From: Balanoglossus misakiensis
Lineage: Eukaryota; Animalia; Hemichordata
Assembly: GCA_040954595.2 (NCBI GenBank)
Contig: CM082578.2
Coordinates: forward strand, 15,174,998 to 15,238,997
Reading direction: 5' to 3'
DNA: 64,000 bases
Shown piece by piece: positions 51,001 through 64,000 of this stretch. Position numbers and translations under genes: made by a program. The first letter of the stretch is position 1, and every line of letters begins with the position of its first letter. The notes under the pieces are model-generated. The model saw only the letters and a list, made by a program, of their open reading frames with translations, ran no database searches and was not told the DNA's origin.

Positions 51001-54000
51001 CACCGAAAGAGCTTTATCACGTATGTATGACGCGCTTCGCTAACAGATAGCCTAGTCGGAATTCCTCGGACACTATGTCGGTCTCGTTAACAATTAAGCA
51101 TAATCTTCCCCGCCAATTCGCCCTGTCATGTATTATAGTTTGTGCACTTCACCCTTCAATATTTTATCACCAATCGATCATTAAAGTCTGGTCACTGTGT
51201 TCGTTTTCACCTTACTGCATGTCTTGAAAAAGGGGGTGGCGATAGCAATGGCCTGGGCACATAAAACCCCACGTCATACGGTCACCTTTTTACGGCCTGT
51301 CGTAAAACGCAAGTAGTGAAATCGGCGTTTGATCATTGACCCCTTAACTTTAAGGTTTCTCCATATGTTAGGATGTAATGTTCAATCTTGCAAGAGGCGC
51401 ATACCAATGATTACTCCGTTGTTTTTCTTTTATTACATCACCCCTCTGCTTTTTTTTATTGTAGTCTTATTTATTCCTTTTTAGGTTCAAGTGGCACTTC
51501 GAAATATCGAGTCCATCGCAATCTACCCAACCCACATGCACCGCAAACTAGCTGAAGTCGGATGGTATCAGAGTTTTGAACCAAAAAGACTCATTTTACG
51601 GCAGGGATACATGCCGATCAACTATTATTTCGTTCTTTCGGGATCAGGTATGGCTAGAGAATTTTATTTTGAGGTCGCAAATTGCAATCAAAATTAATTA
51701 GTTAATTCACAGATCAGTTGACTTTTACGATTGAACGTTTGCCTATATCTCGACCATTGTATCATAATATCGAATGCAGATTAAAGATACATTGTCTGCA
51801 TTTCCATTCTATCAGCCGTGGTGAGTGAATTCATGGTGGAAGAGGACAGGTCACAGACTGTAGCGATATTGAACAAAGGGGAGAGTTTTGGGGTAAGTAA
51901 ACTTGTACAAGTTGTCACCTTGAACTTGTAAATGGCGACTTTGATTTCATGCAAACGGGGATTGTTGAAAGTAAATTCCAGCTATCATTTGAACGTTAAT
52001 CAAATATCCGACGACGCGACGCACTTAAGTTCTGTTACCGTTCAAATGTGATGATACATTTCGAGCTTTTGATTGTGGAATCGAAAATTCCAAGCGTCAA
52101 TTTCGGAATCGCCCTCAAAGCGATTTACTAGTGTTCTACGATAATTATAAATATAATTTTATTTTTAAAATGTTCACATTTTATATCGTGTTCTTTATCC
52201 TTATTAGGAAAAGGCCATCCTGACGTGTTCGACCAGAGAAGCCACCGTTGTCGCTTTGGAGAGAATTGAACTATTGTGTATTGACATTGACGTAAGTTTA
52301 ACAATTTATCCTCATCTTGAGTAATACTATGCCCGTCTGGGAAAATAAATTTAAAACACTTGTTGGACCTAATTTTTTCTGTCAATAAATTGGATTCCAA
52401 CCGGATCCAACAAGTCTAATGAAAACATCGTTGTCGCGAATGATTTGTCACCATGGTGACATCTTGAGATTTGTAACGTCGGTGCCATTTACATTCACTA
52501 TTTTCAGGGAATGAGACAATTTAAATGTGTAAATACATATTTACATATGCGTTTGTTGACAGGATTATACAGACATTTTCATGTCAGGTGGACTTGAGAC
52601 CCTGAGTCAGCTGGAGAATATGGATTTCCTTAGGTAAGTAATGGCGAAGAGAGGATGGGTATGTCCTAAGTTTGAATCGCAAAAGCCTCTCGTTTTACAC
52701 ACGAAAAGCAATTAGTTTCTAATTTTAAATCTTCCTGGAAAGCCTCTGTGTGCTCTTCAGTTTAAAGAGCATCTTCTAAATCCCCCAGCCTCTCAATGAA
52801 AAGTTTGAAACTAATAAGAAATCCGGATTCTTATCCTTGATGTTCCCGCCAAGACACTTTTTTTAATCACACGCCCATTGTGTACCTGCAGTTCTGCACT
52901 CCCAATTTCATAATGACTGTGCTGTTCGACTCTGTAGCACACCACCTACAACTTAGAAACCACCTGGACAAACTTCTTTGTATTTGTTTAGTTAGATTTT
53001 GAGATGAATTCATATATTTGCAGTAAAATCATTGGTTATAACACGGTGACTAGAAAACCGTGGTTATAATCACAGGAGCTGTAATTTCGTCTGACACTGC
53101 TGACGCAATACTGTGTATGTCCGCACCCGCAGATTGCCATCCTTGCACTCAAAGCATTGCAGCCTATGCAATTCACAAGTTTATGTTTCTTTTCCTTTAG
53201 GAGCTTATACTTCCTCAAAGATTGGCCCTTGGATCTGTTGGCAGAAAACCCCAAGAAGTGCACTTTGTCCTTTTTCAGGTGAGTAACAGCAACTGATTTG
53301 CATAAGTCGGACAACTTGGACATCTCTCGTCGCCAGTTGATATTTGCTTTGTGGGTGGTGTTGTCTTGTTCGAGTGACACGTTTTTCAACAAGACGTACG
53401 GCGTGAAGTGAAAGTTTGTATTGGCACGTACTTCGTAACGCGTTCGAAATCCGGGTGACTAAGCCGCCAGCAAGTGCTACGTCCGCGTGTCGTGAGACTG
53501 GCAACAGCACGTCCGCCTTCATTTACATGAAAACATATCATGTATGTATGTATGTACATGTATTTGAAAGAGTGAACGGATGGATGGATGGATGGTTGGA
53601 TGGATGGATGGTTACATCGAAGCTATTGAAGTGGAATTTTCAATCTAACATAAGGGATTGACTTGGAAGAGCATGTACTGCCATTTACTTGCGTATTTTA
53701 TTTACATCCTCGTCCTGTGGCAACTGCAGCCATTTCAGTAAAGCGCTCTATCCGCTGCAACTAATTACTGATAATATATAAAGCTTCCTCGGGTCATCTA
53801 CATGTCATGTGTCTGTTTATTGAAATTAAGAAAACCCTGAATTTCAAAAGCTATCCTATTTCTATCCAGACTCTGATCATGGGCACACGCTAATTCATCC
53901 GGCGATACCGGCTCGGCGATGAGCTTTCCTCGATTGGACTGTCTCTGTCGGTAATTGATAAACCATCTCTCCTGAGACAATGCCTAGCGCTGCGGGGATG

Positions 54001-57000
54001 GGTATGAATTTGTGTAAGTGCTTACACAGGGAACACGATTTAGGGCTGTCCGGGGAGGTCGAGTAAATTTCAATTGAGTCGTGTAATTGTTGAATAGCGG
54101 ATGGAGTAGATCATGATTTACTTAGTCTGTCAGGAGATACAAAAATAGACTGGCATGCGATTTATATTTTGCCTTCAAATTGTGTAAATGATTGTGCAAA
54201 GCACATGATGCTATGCAGACGGTGAGGTTATAACGAACCATGTTGGATAGCTTGCAACTTAGCATGGGAACGGTGCGGATTATTTAACAGCGCCCGCATG
54301 GCCTGCTACAATGGTCATTAGAAAGGAGGTCCTGGGTTCAGCCCTTTATTGCCTACAATCCATGCTTTCAACTTGTGGCACAAAGTTTTTAACTAGCATT
54401 AAACTGTGTTGTTTTTTTCCAGGAAAGGACAGATATTAGTTGACGACAGTGCCAATGACAAGTGGATCTACATTGTCAAATCGGTAAAGTTACAAAGTTG
54501 CCTTTGATGTTTTAATCATTTCCCATTCACAACACAAATGGAAGCCAATCTGCCATCGCCATATTACTTTTCCACGATACCATTTCTAGACTAGGAATGT
54601 TCCCTAAATCATGACGCGAAAATTCAGACGGTCTTCTATCGTATATGATTCAACAATTTGTACAGTGATTCGTTTGTTAGCGAGGTGGTGGTGTCGACCA
54701 GTGAGACACTGATGTCCAAGTGTGACATGACCGCACCGAGATATTGACGAGATAACACGAGAACTAATGAATACTAACGAACCTTAATGTAAATCTAATC
54801 CAAGGGTCGTTGTGAACTCCTGAAGAAGGTCAGAAAATTCAAGAGTGGCGAAGCCTACGAGGAAGAACGCATACCCGAGAGAGGTGAGTAGGGGTCGAAA
54901 AAATCTGAAGATTTCCGTTCACCTCAGATTAGTCTTGCGCCAATGCGTCGAGATTAAACAGATCAATTAACTGCTGAACCGCGGAGGACTTCGTGCCAAC
55001 GACTAAAGTTCGTTCGATGCATGCCTTCCCTTGCGGAAAACCGAATAATTGCGCAAATGTTAGCATACTTTAAAAGATCGCAAAGGGCAAGATGCTGAAC
55101 AGAATCTTGTATTGTGTCTTTTATATACATGTAACGTAAGTACAATTGCATGAGAACATAGTATTATGATAATATGTATGGGGATATGTGACTGTGTTGT
55201 TCTACCATCTGAAACATTCCCATAAACAGGCCATTGGGAATGTTTCAGAGGGTAGAACAACATACATATCCCCATCATTAGAAAATAAAGTAACCAAAAT
55301 AATGTCAAAACTTAAGTTAGCAAGTGACTAATTACTAATACTGAATAATAGCGTCAGAAGAATCTGATAAGCTCCCACGTACACAACGGCCTTGATGTAT
55401 CGTCCAGTCAGGTTGGCTTACGTCGTTTACGCAATGTTTACATCAAGCCAGTAGTCGGCTTCTCTTTATCAGTAACGAGCTTAATGTAAACGGCGCTGAA
55501 CTCTTCGTGTATACCTTTGTAACCGGCGGTTTCTGTACGATCGCGAACGTGATTGCTTTTGGGCATGTAAATTGCCATTAACCCCAGAAAAAATATGGAT
55601 TTGCTTGAACGTCGGTATAAACTCGAGGCGAGGCAATTATTGCATCTGACATTCTACCCTTTGCACAATTTATCACCGAAAAGTATTTATCAGATCATGC
55701 ATTAACAATATCCTACAGCACTAATTATATCACGTAACGTCTGCAATTGGGAAGGAGGGCATCATTTGAGATTTTTGCTTTAATCGAATAAATACTTAGT
55801 ACACCTTTCCCACGGCGATTTGTACAATAAACTTTGATAAACTTTCACTATAAAATTTATTAGTGAATGACCATTTTGAAAAACAAACCACTTGGCTCAT
55901 TCTCCAATATAAGCTTACGCGGCAGCAGAGAAGTTTACATGTGTGTGATAAATAAATAAATAAAATAAATTCATCTTTATTTCAGATTATAAAATAATCC
56001 ATAGTAAAACAAAACACCATAAAAAACATCAAAACAATCGTCTACTCCAAACCTTCCAAAGTCCACTATTTGAGAACACTGATAGTGATAAAACACTGGC
56101 TACAAGTGGATTACTTGAGAGGTGGAGTCTGCTTAAAAAGCTGAATGATTTTTTCCGGAGTATTTCATCAAAAGTTAAAATAGAAAGATTAACAAACATC
56201 GCACTGTTGCTCTGAATAAAAGAATGTTTAAAACCAGACAATTTACGGAAAACCTGGGAGTAAGCTCTCCTAACTGCATTAAAAATACACACAGAAAAAG
56301 CACTCCATAAGTAAGAGCAATACGGGATATCACAAAATACAGAAAACAAATGACATTTAACAGAGATAGACGCAAATTTAAAATCACGAATAATCGCATT
56401 ACCGCGAACATAAAATTGTCGCGTTTGAGCTAGAATGTCCTCATTATCCCTAAGGTCACAAGTGATAAGGTGACCAAGATATTTATAAACATTGACATAA
56501 TTCAGCATTCGGCCGTTCAGATAAATTGGAACGTGTCTGAGCCTGCGCATACTTGGCTGAATTAACATACAGACTGTTTTTTTCTCATTGAAGAAAATTG
56601 AGTTAATGCTGCCATAATGACCACAAGTATCAACAAGCATCTGCTGGCCATAAAGGGACTATAATTTTAAATTAAATGGAAAACCCAACTGCCCAGCGGA
56701 TTTGGGTACCAAAGATCTATTTTCCGATCGAGACTTGGCATGGCTCCGTGTACATTGCCATCAATTTAAATGTCACGTTGAAAGTGCGATGTTGTGGTCT
56801 TAGCGGCATTTATCTTAATCTGCAATCTACTTAAGATGAATCAAGAATTTATGATGCGGATCGTCGACTCTTTCACCTTGAATAACAGTATCTGTTACTC
56901 ATCGCGGTATGCAGAGGACATCGCTGGTATATAGCCAACCGCACACGTTGCTTTTTAATGTTCACTTATTCTTTATATTTCAATACTGACGTGTTCCTTT

Positions 57001-60000
57001 ACCCCCTTGTCGACCAGCGCCCATACTTTCGAGACCGAACACTAACAAAATAAGTGATTTTTCTCACGTGGTATATCCACAGATAAAACACTACCGAAAC
57101 TAATCAACCCAACAAAAGCCATTTTATCAGAGGAAATTTCCAATGCGACTGAGTGACGACACATTTAGTTTTCAAGAAAAGGCACCCTTTTGCTTGCTGC
57201 ATACATGTGCCTGCGTTATAAACTAAGTTAAACCACAGACTCTTTGTCTGTGGAATTGAAAACTGTGTGGGTTGACGCCTCAGTACTTACTTATCGTATC
57301 AAGCCGAAACCTGTCAGTTGCAGGTCTGATGGTTAAGCTTGATAGTAAATACCGTTTCATATTTCAAACGAAACCAGATTGAAAGTAAAACACAAACCCT
57401 AAGTCGTGATTGATTTTTACATTACAGGATCCCGCATCGATATGATGTTCGAATCTAGGCACACGAAAGATGAGGCTGAACTTTTTGTCGAGGAATTGAA
57501 GAAGGCCAGCGAGGAAAAATGGGCGCGGAGATCTGCACCGCAACTTGCTGCGATCGAGGAGGTAAAAAGTGAAAATAGAATTTACAGATGCATTTAGTTT
57601 ATAAGTTGATTGACATGTACACTCACGAGGCATAGGTTTGACACATATATTAACTTACCTGTACCGTTAATTTCCCCCCAAAACTGAAATAATGAGGTGA
57701 CCTATTTGACCCATCACTGGTGTACGTTGAACTGTGACGTCATAGAAGGGCAAATACTGGAGAAAACACTTGTGGAATTATATTTCCTGTCGGGAAGATA
57801 GTTCTCCAAATTAATACTGAAAGTCTCTTGCTATAACCGCGGCTTACACGTTATCTTCGTAGATTAAAAAAATCACCTTTATAGGATTAATGTAGACTTA
57901 AGACCGTACCATTTTTAAAACCTCGCGTATTTCTGTCAAGACGGATAATCCTGTTTCACTTTGCGATGCATTCAAAGAAACGTTAACCGTAGTCTAACAA
58001 TAATGGATATTCGTCAGTGATTGTCACTTAGAGAGTTGATACTCATTCCATTTGTAGAACGAAGTGTCGGATTTCGCTGATGCAGAGAGACCAAATGGTG
58101 GCGAAACCCAAAATGAAAATTCTCCAAACGAAGGCGTCAACGGAGGGGGAGGAGAGGTAGAAAAGGACAGTAATCAGGTAAGTACATGTTGGCATTTGTG
58201 AACACTTAACTTCATCCATAGAAAAAAGAGCACGTTTAAGAGGATATTTGGGAAGGAGATAGCAACGCGAAATAATGAGAGTAAACCGTTCACTCGGTAG
58301 AATTTGCCCAGACTCCCAGAAAACGTCCCTTTTATGACGGGTGGGCATGTATCCAGAAAGAGACGCTGGATTCTTTATTGGACGGATGTAAAGCCACCGG
58401 GTGTTTTCGTGTAGCGATCCAAGTTATATACATATGCAACGATAACAATTTACGAATAAGAACATGAGTTTTGTGACTTAAGGTTTGAAATGCACGCTTT
58501 GTATTTCAAACACGAACAGGGTTGGGTTTTACCAACATTTCCACCTTCTCATGTTTCGCCAACGGGATTTCCTTTTCCGTACGTGTTTTAGAAAGTACCT
58601 TGCCACTCAGCATTCAGGATGAACGTCTGACTCCGCGCAATACTATAATAATGACAGATGTGACATGGACAATCTCAACTACTTATTGCTTTGCTCGTTT
58701 CTTTCAGATTGAGGCAACTGACACAAACTACCGATTCATCAAAATTAAATCAGTGACAGAAGGTGACACATTTGTAAGTATTGACATCCCAGAGAGAAAT
58801 CCGCAATAATTTGCCACATTGAGACTGTGTTTATTACCACTGATGCCCAGCCTTCATATCACTGCTCCGAATTCTCCATTTAACATTTATCTCAAGATTA
58901 ACCCACTGTGTAGTATCGATATCTACGTCCACTTTAGAACTAAACCGTCATGTGCATATTAAGTACGCTTCCGTGTACCTGCTGGAAATGGCAATAAAAA
59001 ACTAGGGTAGCCCATGTAACCATATAAAAATAGCAAGTGTTATGTTTCCTAATTTCTTTCAAGTAGATTTTTTGAGACTTTGTATTACCCTTTTCACCTC
59101 TGCCACGGGATGATGTGTGTTAATTAAGTTTTTGATGGATAGGATTTGGTGATATCCACGACTTCAATGAAAACCTGCGGATCAAATAATGAGGTTCTTA
59201 TGCACTACATTTGATCGCGTGCAACTGCAAGAAGCGGCTAGACGTGGAATAGCCTATTTATTTCAGGGTACCAGTTCATCATCGGGCTATATCTATGTAA
59301 CTCTTGCGTTTATTAGCAATGAAATTCGTTCAGTCTCAATCTGGCGTATTAAACCCGTTGCAAACAGTGAGACCAGCCCGCTTAAATTGCGAATCATACA
59401 AAAATGCAATTTTCATTCATTTCAGTCCGCCAGCGCCTGATTTATTGATTTTCACTACACGAATTATACCGGTTAGGCGAAACGGAAAAGTCGATTATTA
59501 AGATAGTGCAGCGTAAAGTCTCTTTGATAGGTTTTCGACGGGTATAGTCGAGTGTTTATGACGACAACACGAATTTCTGGCGTGATTTATTCCAAACGTG
59601 TAGATAAACCCGAGGGAAGGTTAAAAGTTGCTATATATAACTGTTTTAAATGACAGACGTCTCGATCGTTGAATGCAGTTGCGGCGGCAGCTCGAACGGA
59701 AGCGATTCTGCGAGGACGAATGTCGAATTTTAATCGGAACGAAGGACTTCAGGATAATGTGTATTTTCGAAACGATGCTTGCAGACTCCTACAGAAACTG
59801 TAGGCCTAACGCTAAATGTGCCTATAGCATTGAATGTATCGACTTTTCTATCTGCTGTCGGGGTACCTTACTGTTAGTTTAGTTCTAATGAATGATAGCA
59901 ATCGATTAAATCAGGTGTGACATTTTCGAAAAGCTATGTAATAGCTGACTGTCCGATCTACATAATAATGCCTGGGGCAAAATACCATCTCTTCTGATGC

Positions 60001-62165
60001 GAGAATTTCACAACCTCAGTAAATGTTGACGAAACTCCATGATGTGTGGTCAGTATTCAGAAATTGTGTTTTAAAACATGAAAGCATTGCCACCTTAATG
60101 CAGTCTGTTTCCTAATGACGCGCAGTGCAATCATATGTGTCCGAGCTTACTTGCTTTGCCTTTTTAGATAGACCGTAAGAATATTTCAGAGCAATGCTGA
60201 CCGATAACGGCGTTTAATTAAGTGCGACAGACTCGGTTATGTCCTTATTAAAACCCATTGTAGTCACTCTGGGTGACAAGTGATCTTGCAACACTGGCGA
60301 TAATGAAGCCAGCCAGCCAGCATTGATGTCTCGACGGTAATCGATATATTTCTTTTCTTTCCCCCATTATCGCCCACAGGGTCTGGCCGATCTTGCGTAC
60401 GGCGCGAGAACGAATTTCTTTCTGATCAGCGAAGGTGCCGAGTGTGTCATGATTTCCAAGAAGTTTTTCCTGAACAACGCGTCAATAGACACACTTCTGA
60501 CCATCAAGAAAACGGTGAGTATATACATGTAGCAGCGATATTTTCAGGATTATAGACAGAACACGTCTTCCGCACTACGGCCGCACGGGGATTAGAGATA
60601 CGGAGAAACAATATGGCGATGGTATATTTTCCAGAAAAACTAACTAAAGACAGTTGTATTTGTGATATGCCACGTGTCTCTTGGGGTTTTGTTTCTCTGA
60701 CACGTTTTAATCTAGCTATTAATTTTGACATCTACGCTTGTACGGATTTCATCAATCATCAGGCAGTCGTATTCAGCCGGTTCCTCGAACCTACATCCCC
60801 GAAGTGACACATCAATAGCTAGATTCACATTATTTGAAACCTCATTAATTCTGATATTAAGGTTCTCTTCGATGATTAGATTAGATTATGTCTGGCCTCA
60901 ACCCTCTTGCTTGATTACGCGAGGTATAAATCTCATGTCTTTCTCATCTCCAGTAGAAGCGAAATAGGTTTTCAATAAAGGATAGCATTAAAAATCATAC
61001 GAGTGGCAGTGTAAAATATAATGGTACATTTTATTGCGCGTCGTTCCCCAGTGATTGTGCGTCGCCGAAGAGAGTTACTCTGATAAGATGAAAAGCTGGT
61101 CAAATTAGCGTGAAGTTACATTCAGTTCGTCACGGTGTGTGGAGGAGCCGTGAGTTCGTGTTGGAACGTGAGACTGCCAGGAAAAAAAACAGTATGTTAG
61201 AACGGACCGTGTTTTGTCATGCACAGAGAATTGAATATTCTGCCTTCATTGAAACAAAGCCTGACAGGTTGTTTTTTTGCTTAAAATATGCTGAGTGGCG
61301 GTGCTAAGAGCGTGAATTTACTCAACTATGTTTAACAGCTTGCACTCTACAGAACGGAGGTTGTAGTCACAGATGTCGTTTTTCATTGTGTAACTGTTGC
61401 TCCTCAAACAGTCGCACCTGTCCGCCCCTTTTGGCACGGAACACATCATTTCAGTCTGCCACCCATAGGTTTGCCTACATTTTGCATTCGTTACACCTCT
61501 GAGATTTGAAGGGCTGGTTCCCTCAGCAAGACATGCATTATTCACTGGATACCCGTAATGGACTGACGAATACGTGAACCCTGCTCAGGTTAATAGCCTC
61601 CAAACATCTGCTGAAAGCCGGTTTGCATACACCTACAATACACCGCACTTCATTAATCCATTGTTCACGGATTTCTGTCCGGACACGGCTTGTCATATAT
61701 ACCGGCACATACGTGATTAAGATTGAATTTATGACGTTATAACTGTATTGAAATTGTACAAGTGGAGCGTATAAATGAATAATAGCAACGATAAACCAGC
61801 AAAACAAACAGACAAAATTCAAACCGAGAGAAAGTAGATTTATGGCTTAGCAAGAGTTCTTTCAAAAATACATGTAATTGTTGCATTGATGGAGATTTGA
61901 CTCTGTTATTGTTAGGGGCCCTGTTATTTGTTATGTAAAATGGAGCGAAGGAAGACACCAGGTTTGCAATTGGTCTCTGCACTCCTTGTGTGTATTAGTT
62001 TTGAACATCATTGTCTAATTCGTGATAAACGCTTTCTTCATTTAGGAGAGCGAACTGCCGACCGATGAAACGCTCAACGACTTACTGCAGACACAAACCA
62101 GCTGGGCACAGTACCGAAAGGACGTTGTACAAATGAAACTACGCGAGAAAGATCGGCCGAGATGA
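48076..62165 (+). CDS. CNBD2: Cyclic nucleotide-binding domain-containing protein 2-like (two cNMP domains), multi-exon
   Basis: Exons at about 48076-48492, 49686-49774, 49901-50006 (LLFDLSAFKA), 50946-51020, 51485-51647 (YQSFEPKRLILRQGYMPINYYFVLSG), 51816-51892, 52208-52291 (GESFG|EKAILTCSTREATVVA), 52563-52633, 53200-53278 (FLKDWP), 54423-54483 (WIYIVKS), 54805-54883, 57428-57561, 58058-58177, 58708-58773, 60380-60514 (LISEGAECVMISK) and 62046-62165 (W..YRK, stop TGA). The family is clear; CNBD2 versus a paralogue is less certain. Confidence 0.82.
49066..49369. mobile_element. Foldback / MITE-like element with ~99-bp inverted arms
   Basis: 49066-49164 (agaacgatttgtaaaacaaaatggcc...gtatgacctgggtcactgcaattcgactaca) is the near-exact reverse complement of 49271-49369, with a spacer of about 106 bp. 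Confidence 0.85.
53577..53610. repeat. Short (GGAT)n microsatellite
   Basis: About 8 imperfect GGAT units. Confidence 0.8.
55948..56645 (-). mobile_element. 5'-truncated non-LTR retrotransposon (LINE; RT C-terminal region, possibly RTE-X-like)
   Basis: ORF 56029-56640 contains FNEKKTVCM...IYLNG..L..V..YKYLGH.I..DL.DNEDI (end of LINE RT/thumb). It is followed on the minus strand by a short 3' UTR, AATAAA and a (TTTA)n tail at about 55948-55970. It is antisense in a CNBD2 intron. Confidence 0.85.
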
Positions 62166-62184
62166 CGAACCGCTGAGTTCACTT

Positions 62185-62283
62185 GAATGAATGATTGAAT
62201 GAATGAATGAATGAATGAATGAATGAATGAATGAATGAATGAATGAATGAATGAATGAATGAATGAATGAATGAATGAATGAA
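62185..62283. repeat. (GAAT)n microsatellite
   Basis: About 24 GAAT units directly after the CNBD2-like stop codon. Confidence 0.97.
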
Positions 62284-62875
62284 CGAACGGACGAACGGGG
62301 GGGAGGGAGGGAGGGAGAAGGACGATAAGACGAATGACCCTGAAGGAAAAATCAATGCCTCGACCTGATGAAGTACATATAGAAACTTAGATTGTATTAC
62401 CTCACAATCGGATAATGACTTTTCATTTACAGTATCAATTGATTACATGGACAAGTCAGATTTAATTATCGATGCAAGCTTAGTTATCCTTTCCACTAAT
62501 TTACCTTAAATATTTCACCTTTGGAAAAACGCATACATTTTACAGTTGGTAACTTTCATAATTAAAATTACATTGAATGTTTGTAAAATTTTTAAATTGA
62601 TTTAGTATTTAACATAGTGCATAAAAAATCAAATTTTGATAATTACATTTACATGTGTATAATATTATATTTATTTTAAAAGTGTTTTCTAGTTGGTTAC
62701 GGTTGTGCGTATTGCAGAATTAAGCCCTATTATGAAGATATTTGTATGATGTTTCATGAAATATAAAATGAATGGCATTGAAATTGATGTTGAATGTATT
62801 TTGAGTTTGCCACCATTGTACATAAACATCACCACGGTAAAAGATATTAAAAGGGCACTTGATTATTAAGTCATT

Positions 62876-62916
62876 TGTGTGTGTGTGTCTGTCTGTGTGT
62901 GTGTCTGTGTGTGTGT
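62876..62916. repeat. GT/GTCT compound microsatellite preceding the satellite array
   Basis: gtgtgtgtgtgtctgtctgtgtgtgtgtctgtgtgtgtgt. Confidence 0.85.
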
Positions 62917-63012
62917 ATCTATGTAAAATTCACAAAGTCGGATATTTGTCATTTGTTGACTTTTATCAAAAATCGGCCAAATTTAGAAATTTCCCAAAGT
63001 CGAAAAATGGTC

Positions 63013-64000
63013 ATGACAATTTTTCGACTTTGCGGAATTTCAAAATTTGGTCAATTTTTGAAAAAATCATGGGTTATAGCTCATGAAAATCATCAGAAAA
63101 TGACAATTTTTCGACTTTGCGGAATTTCAAAATTTGGTCGATTTTTGAAAAAATCATGGGTTATAGCTCATGAAAATCATCAGAAAATGACAATTTTTCG
63201 ACTTTGCGGAATTTCAAAATTTGGTCGATTTTTGAAAAAATCATGGGTTATAGCTCATGAAAATCATCAGAAAATGACAATTTTTCGACTTTGCGGAATT
63301 TCAAAATTTGGTCGATTTTTGAAAAAATCATGGGTTATAGCTCATGAAAATCATCAGAAAATGACAATTTTTCGACTTTGCGGAATTTCAAAATTTGGTC
63401 GATTTTTGAAAAAATCATGGGTTATAGCTCATGAAAATCATCAGAAAATGACAATTTTTCGACTTTGCGGAATTTCAAAATTTGGTCGATTTTTGAAAAA
63501 ATCATGGGTTATAGCTCATGAAAATCATCAGAAAATGACAATTTTTCGACTTTGCGGAATTTCAAAATTTGGTCGATTTTTGAAAAAATCATGGGTTATA
63601 GCTCATGAAAATCATCAGGAAATGACAATTTTTCGACTTTGCGGAATTTCAAAATTTGGTCGATTTTTGAAAAAATCATGGGTTATAGCTCATGAAAATC
63701 ATCAGGAAATGACAATTTTTCGACTTTGCGGAATTTCAAAATTTGGTCGATTTTTGAAAAAATCATGGGTTATAGCTCATGAAAATCATCAGGAAATGAC
63801 AATTTTTCGACTTTGCGGAATTTCAAAATTTGGTCGATTTTTGAAAAAATCATGGGTTATAGCTCATGAAAATCATCAGAAAATGACAATTTTTCGACTT
63901 TGCGGAATTTCAAAATTTGGTCGATTTTTGAAAAAATCATGGGTTATAGCTCATGAAAATCATCAGAAAATGACAATTTTTCGACTTTGCGGAATTTCAA
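63013..64000. repeat. 87-bp tandem satellite array (more than 11 copies, runs off the window)
   Basis: Unit atgacaatttttcgactttgcggaatttcaaaatttggtcgatttttgaaaaaatcatgggttatagctcatgaaaatcatcagaaa. 'catgggtt' recurs at 63068, 63155 and 63242 (period 87), and the copies are near-identical. Confidence 0.98.

Noticed and set aside
54320-54350. tRNA/SINE B-box-like ggtcctgggttcagccc
   Set aside because: Too short; no A box or cloverleaf can be supported.
54484-54804. CCTTAAT near a weak acceptor in a CNBD2-like intron, suggesting a U12 intron
   Set aside because: The donor is GTAAAG (U2-type). There is no U12 5' splice site.
57083-57152. Possible extra CNBD2-like exon (DKTLPKLINP...)
   Set aside because: It has an acceptor but no convincing in-phase donor. 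Exons ending 54883 and starting 57428 already join in frame.
63013-64000. CRISPR-like array
   Set aside because: The units are contiguous and identical with no unique spacers, and the context is eukaryotic. It is a satellite.

Overview
Intron-rich animal genomic DNA, probably a marine invertebrate such as a hemichordate or echinoderm (inferred from gene content and repeats, not proven). Six protein-coding genes can be assembled by hand: vezatin (+, 553-6388); a C3orf20/FAM194-domain gene (-, 8206-20730) head-to-head with LRGUK (+, 23135-28539); a large NOD-like receptor (+, 33684-43130); a secreted or surface EGF/TSP1 protein with an intronless CDS (-, 44578-46392); and a CNBD2-like cyclic-nucleotide-binding protein (+, 48076-62165). 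The main finding is that three small upstream exons, not assembled by the ORF track, splice in frame onto the CARD exon and encode a ubiquitin-like domain ending in LLGG. The predicted ~1884-aa receptor is UBL-CARD-(long PPxY-bearing linker)-NACHT-LRR. Also present: two U12-type introns in the head-to-head pair, a GC-AG intron, RFX X-boxes, a duplicated unrecognised Cys-containing module in the EGF/TSP1 protein, MITE-like foldbacks, a 5'-truncated LINE, microsatellites, and an 87-bp satellite array with an inverted copy at its boundary. Exon coordinates and homologies come from manual reading and remembered sequences; no searches were run.
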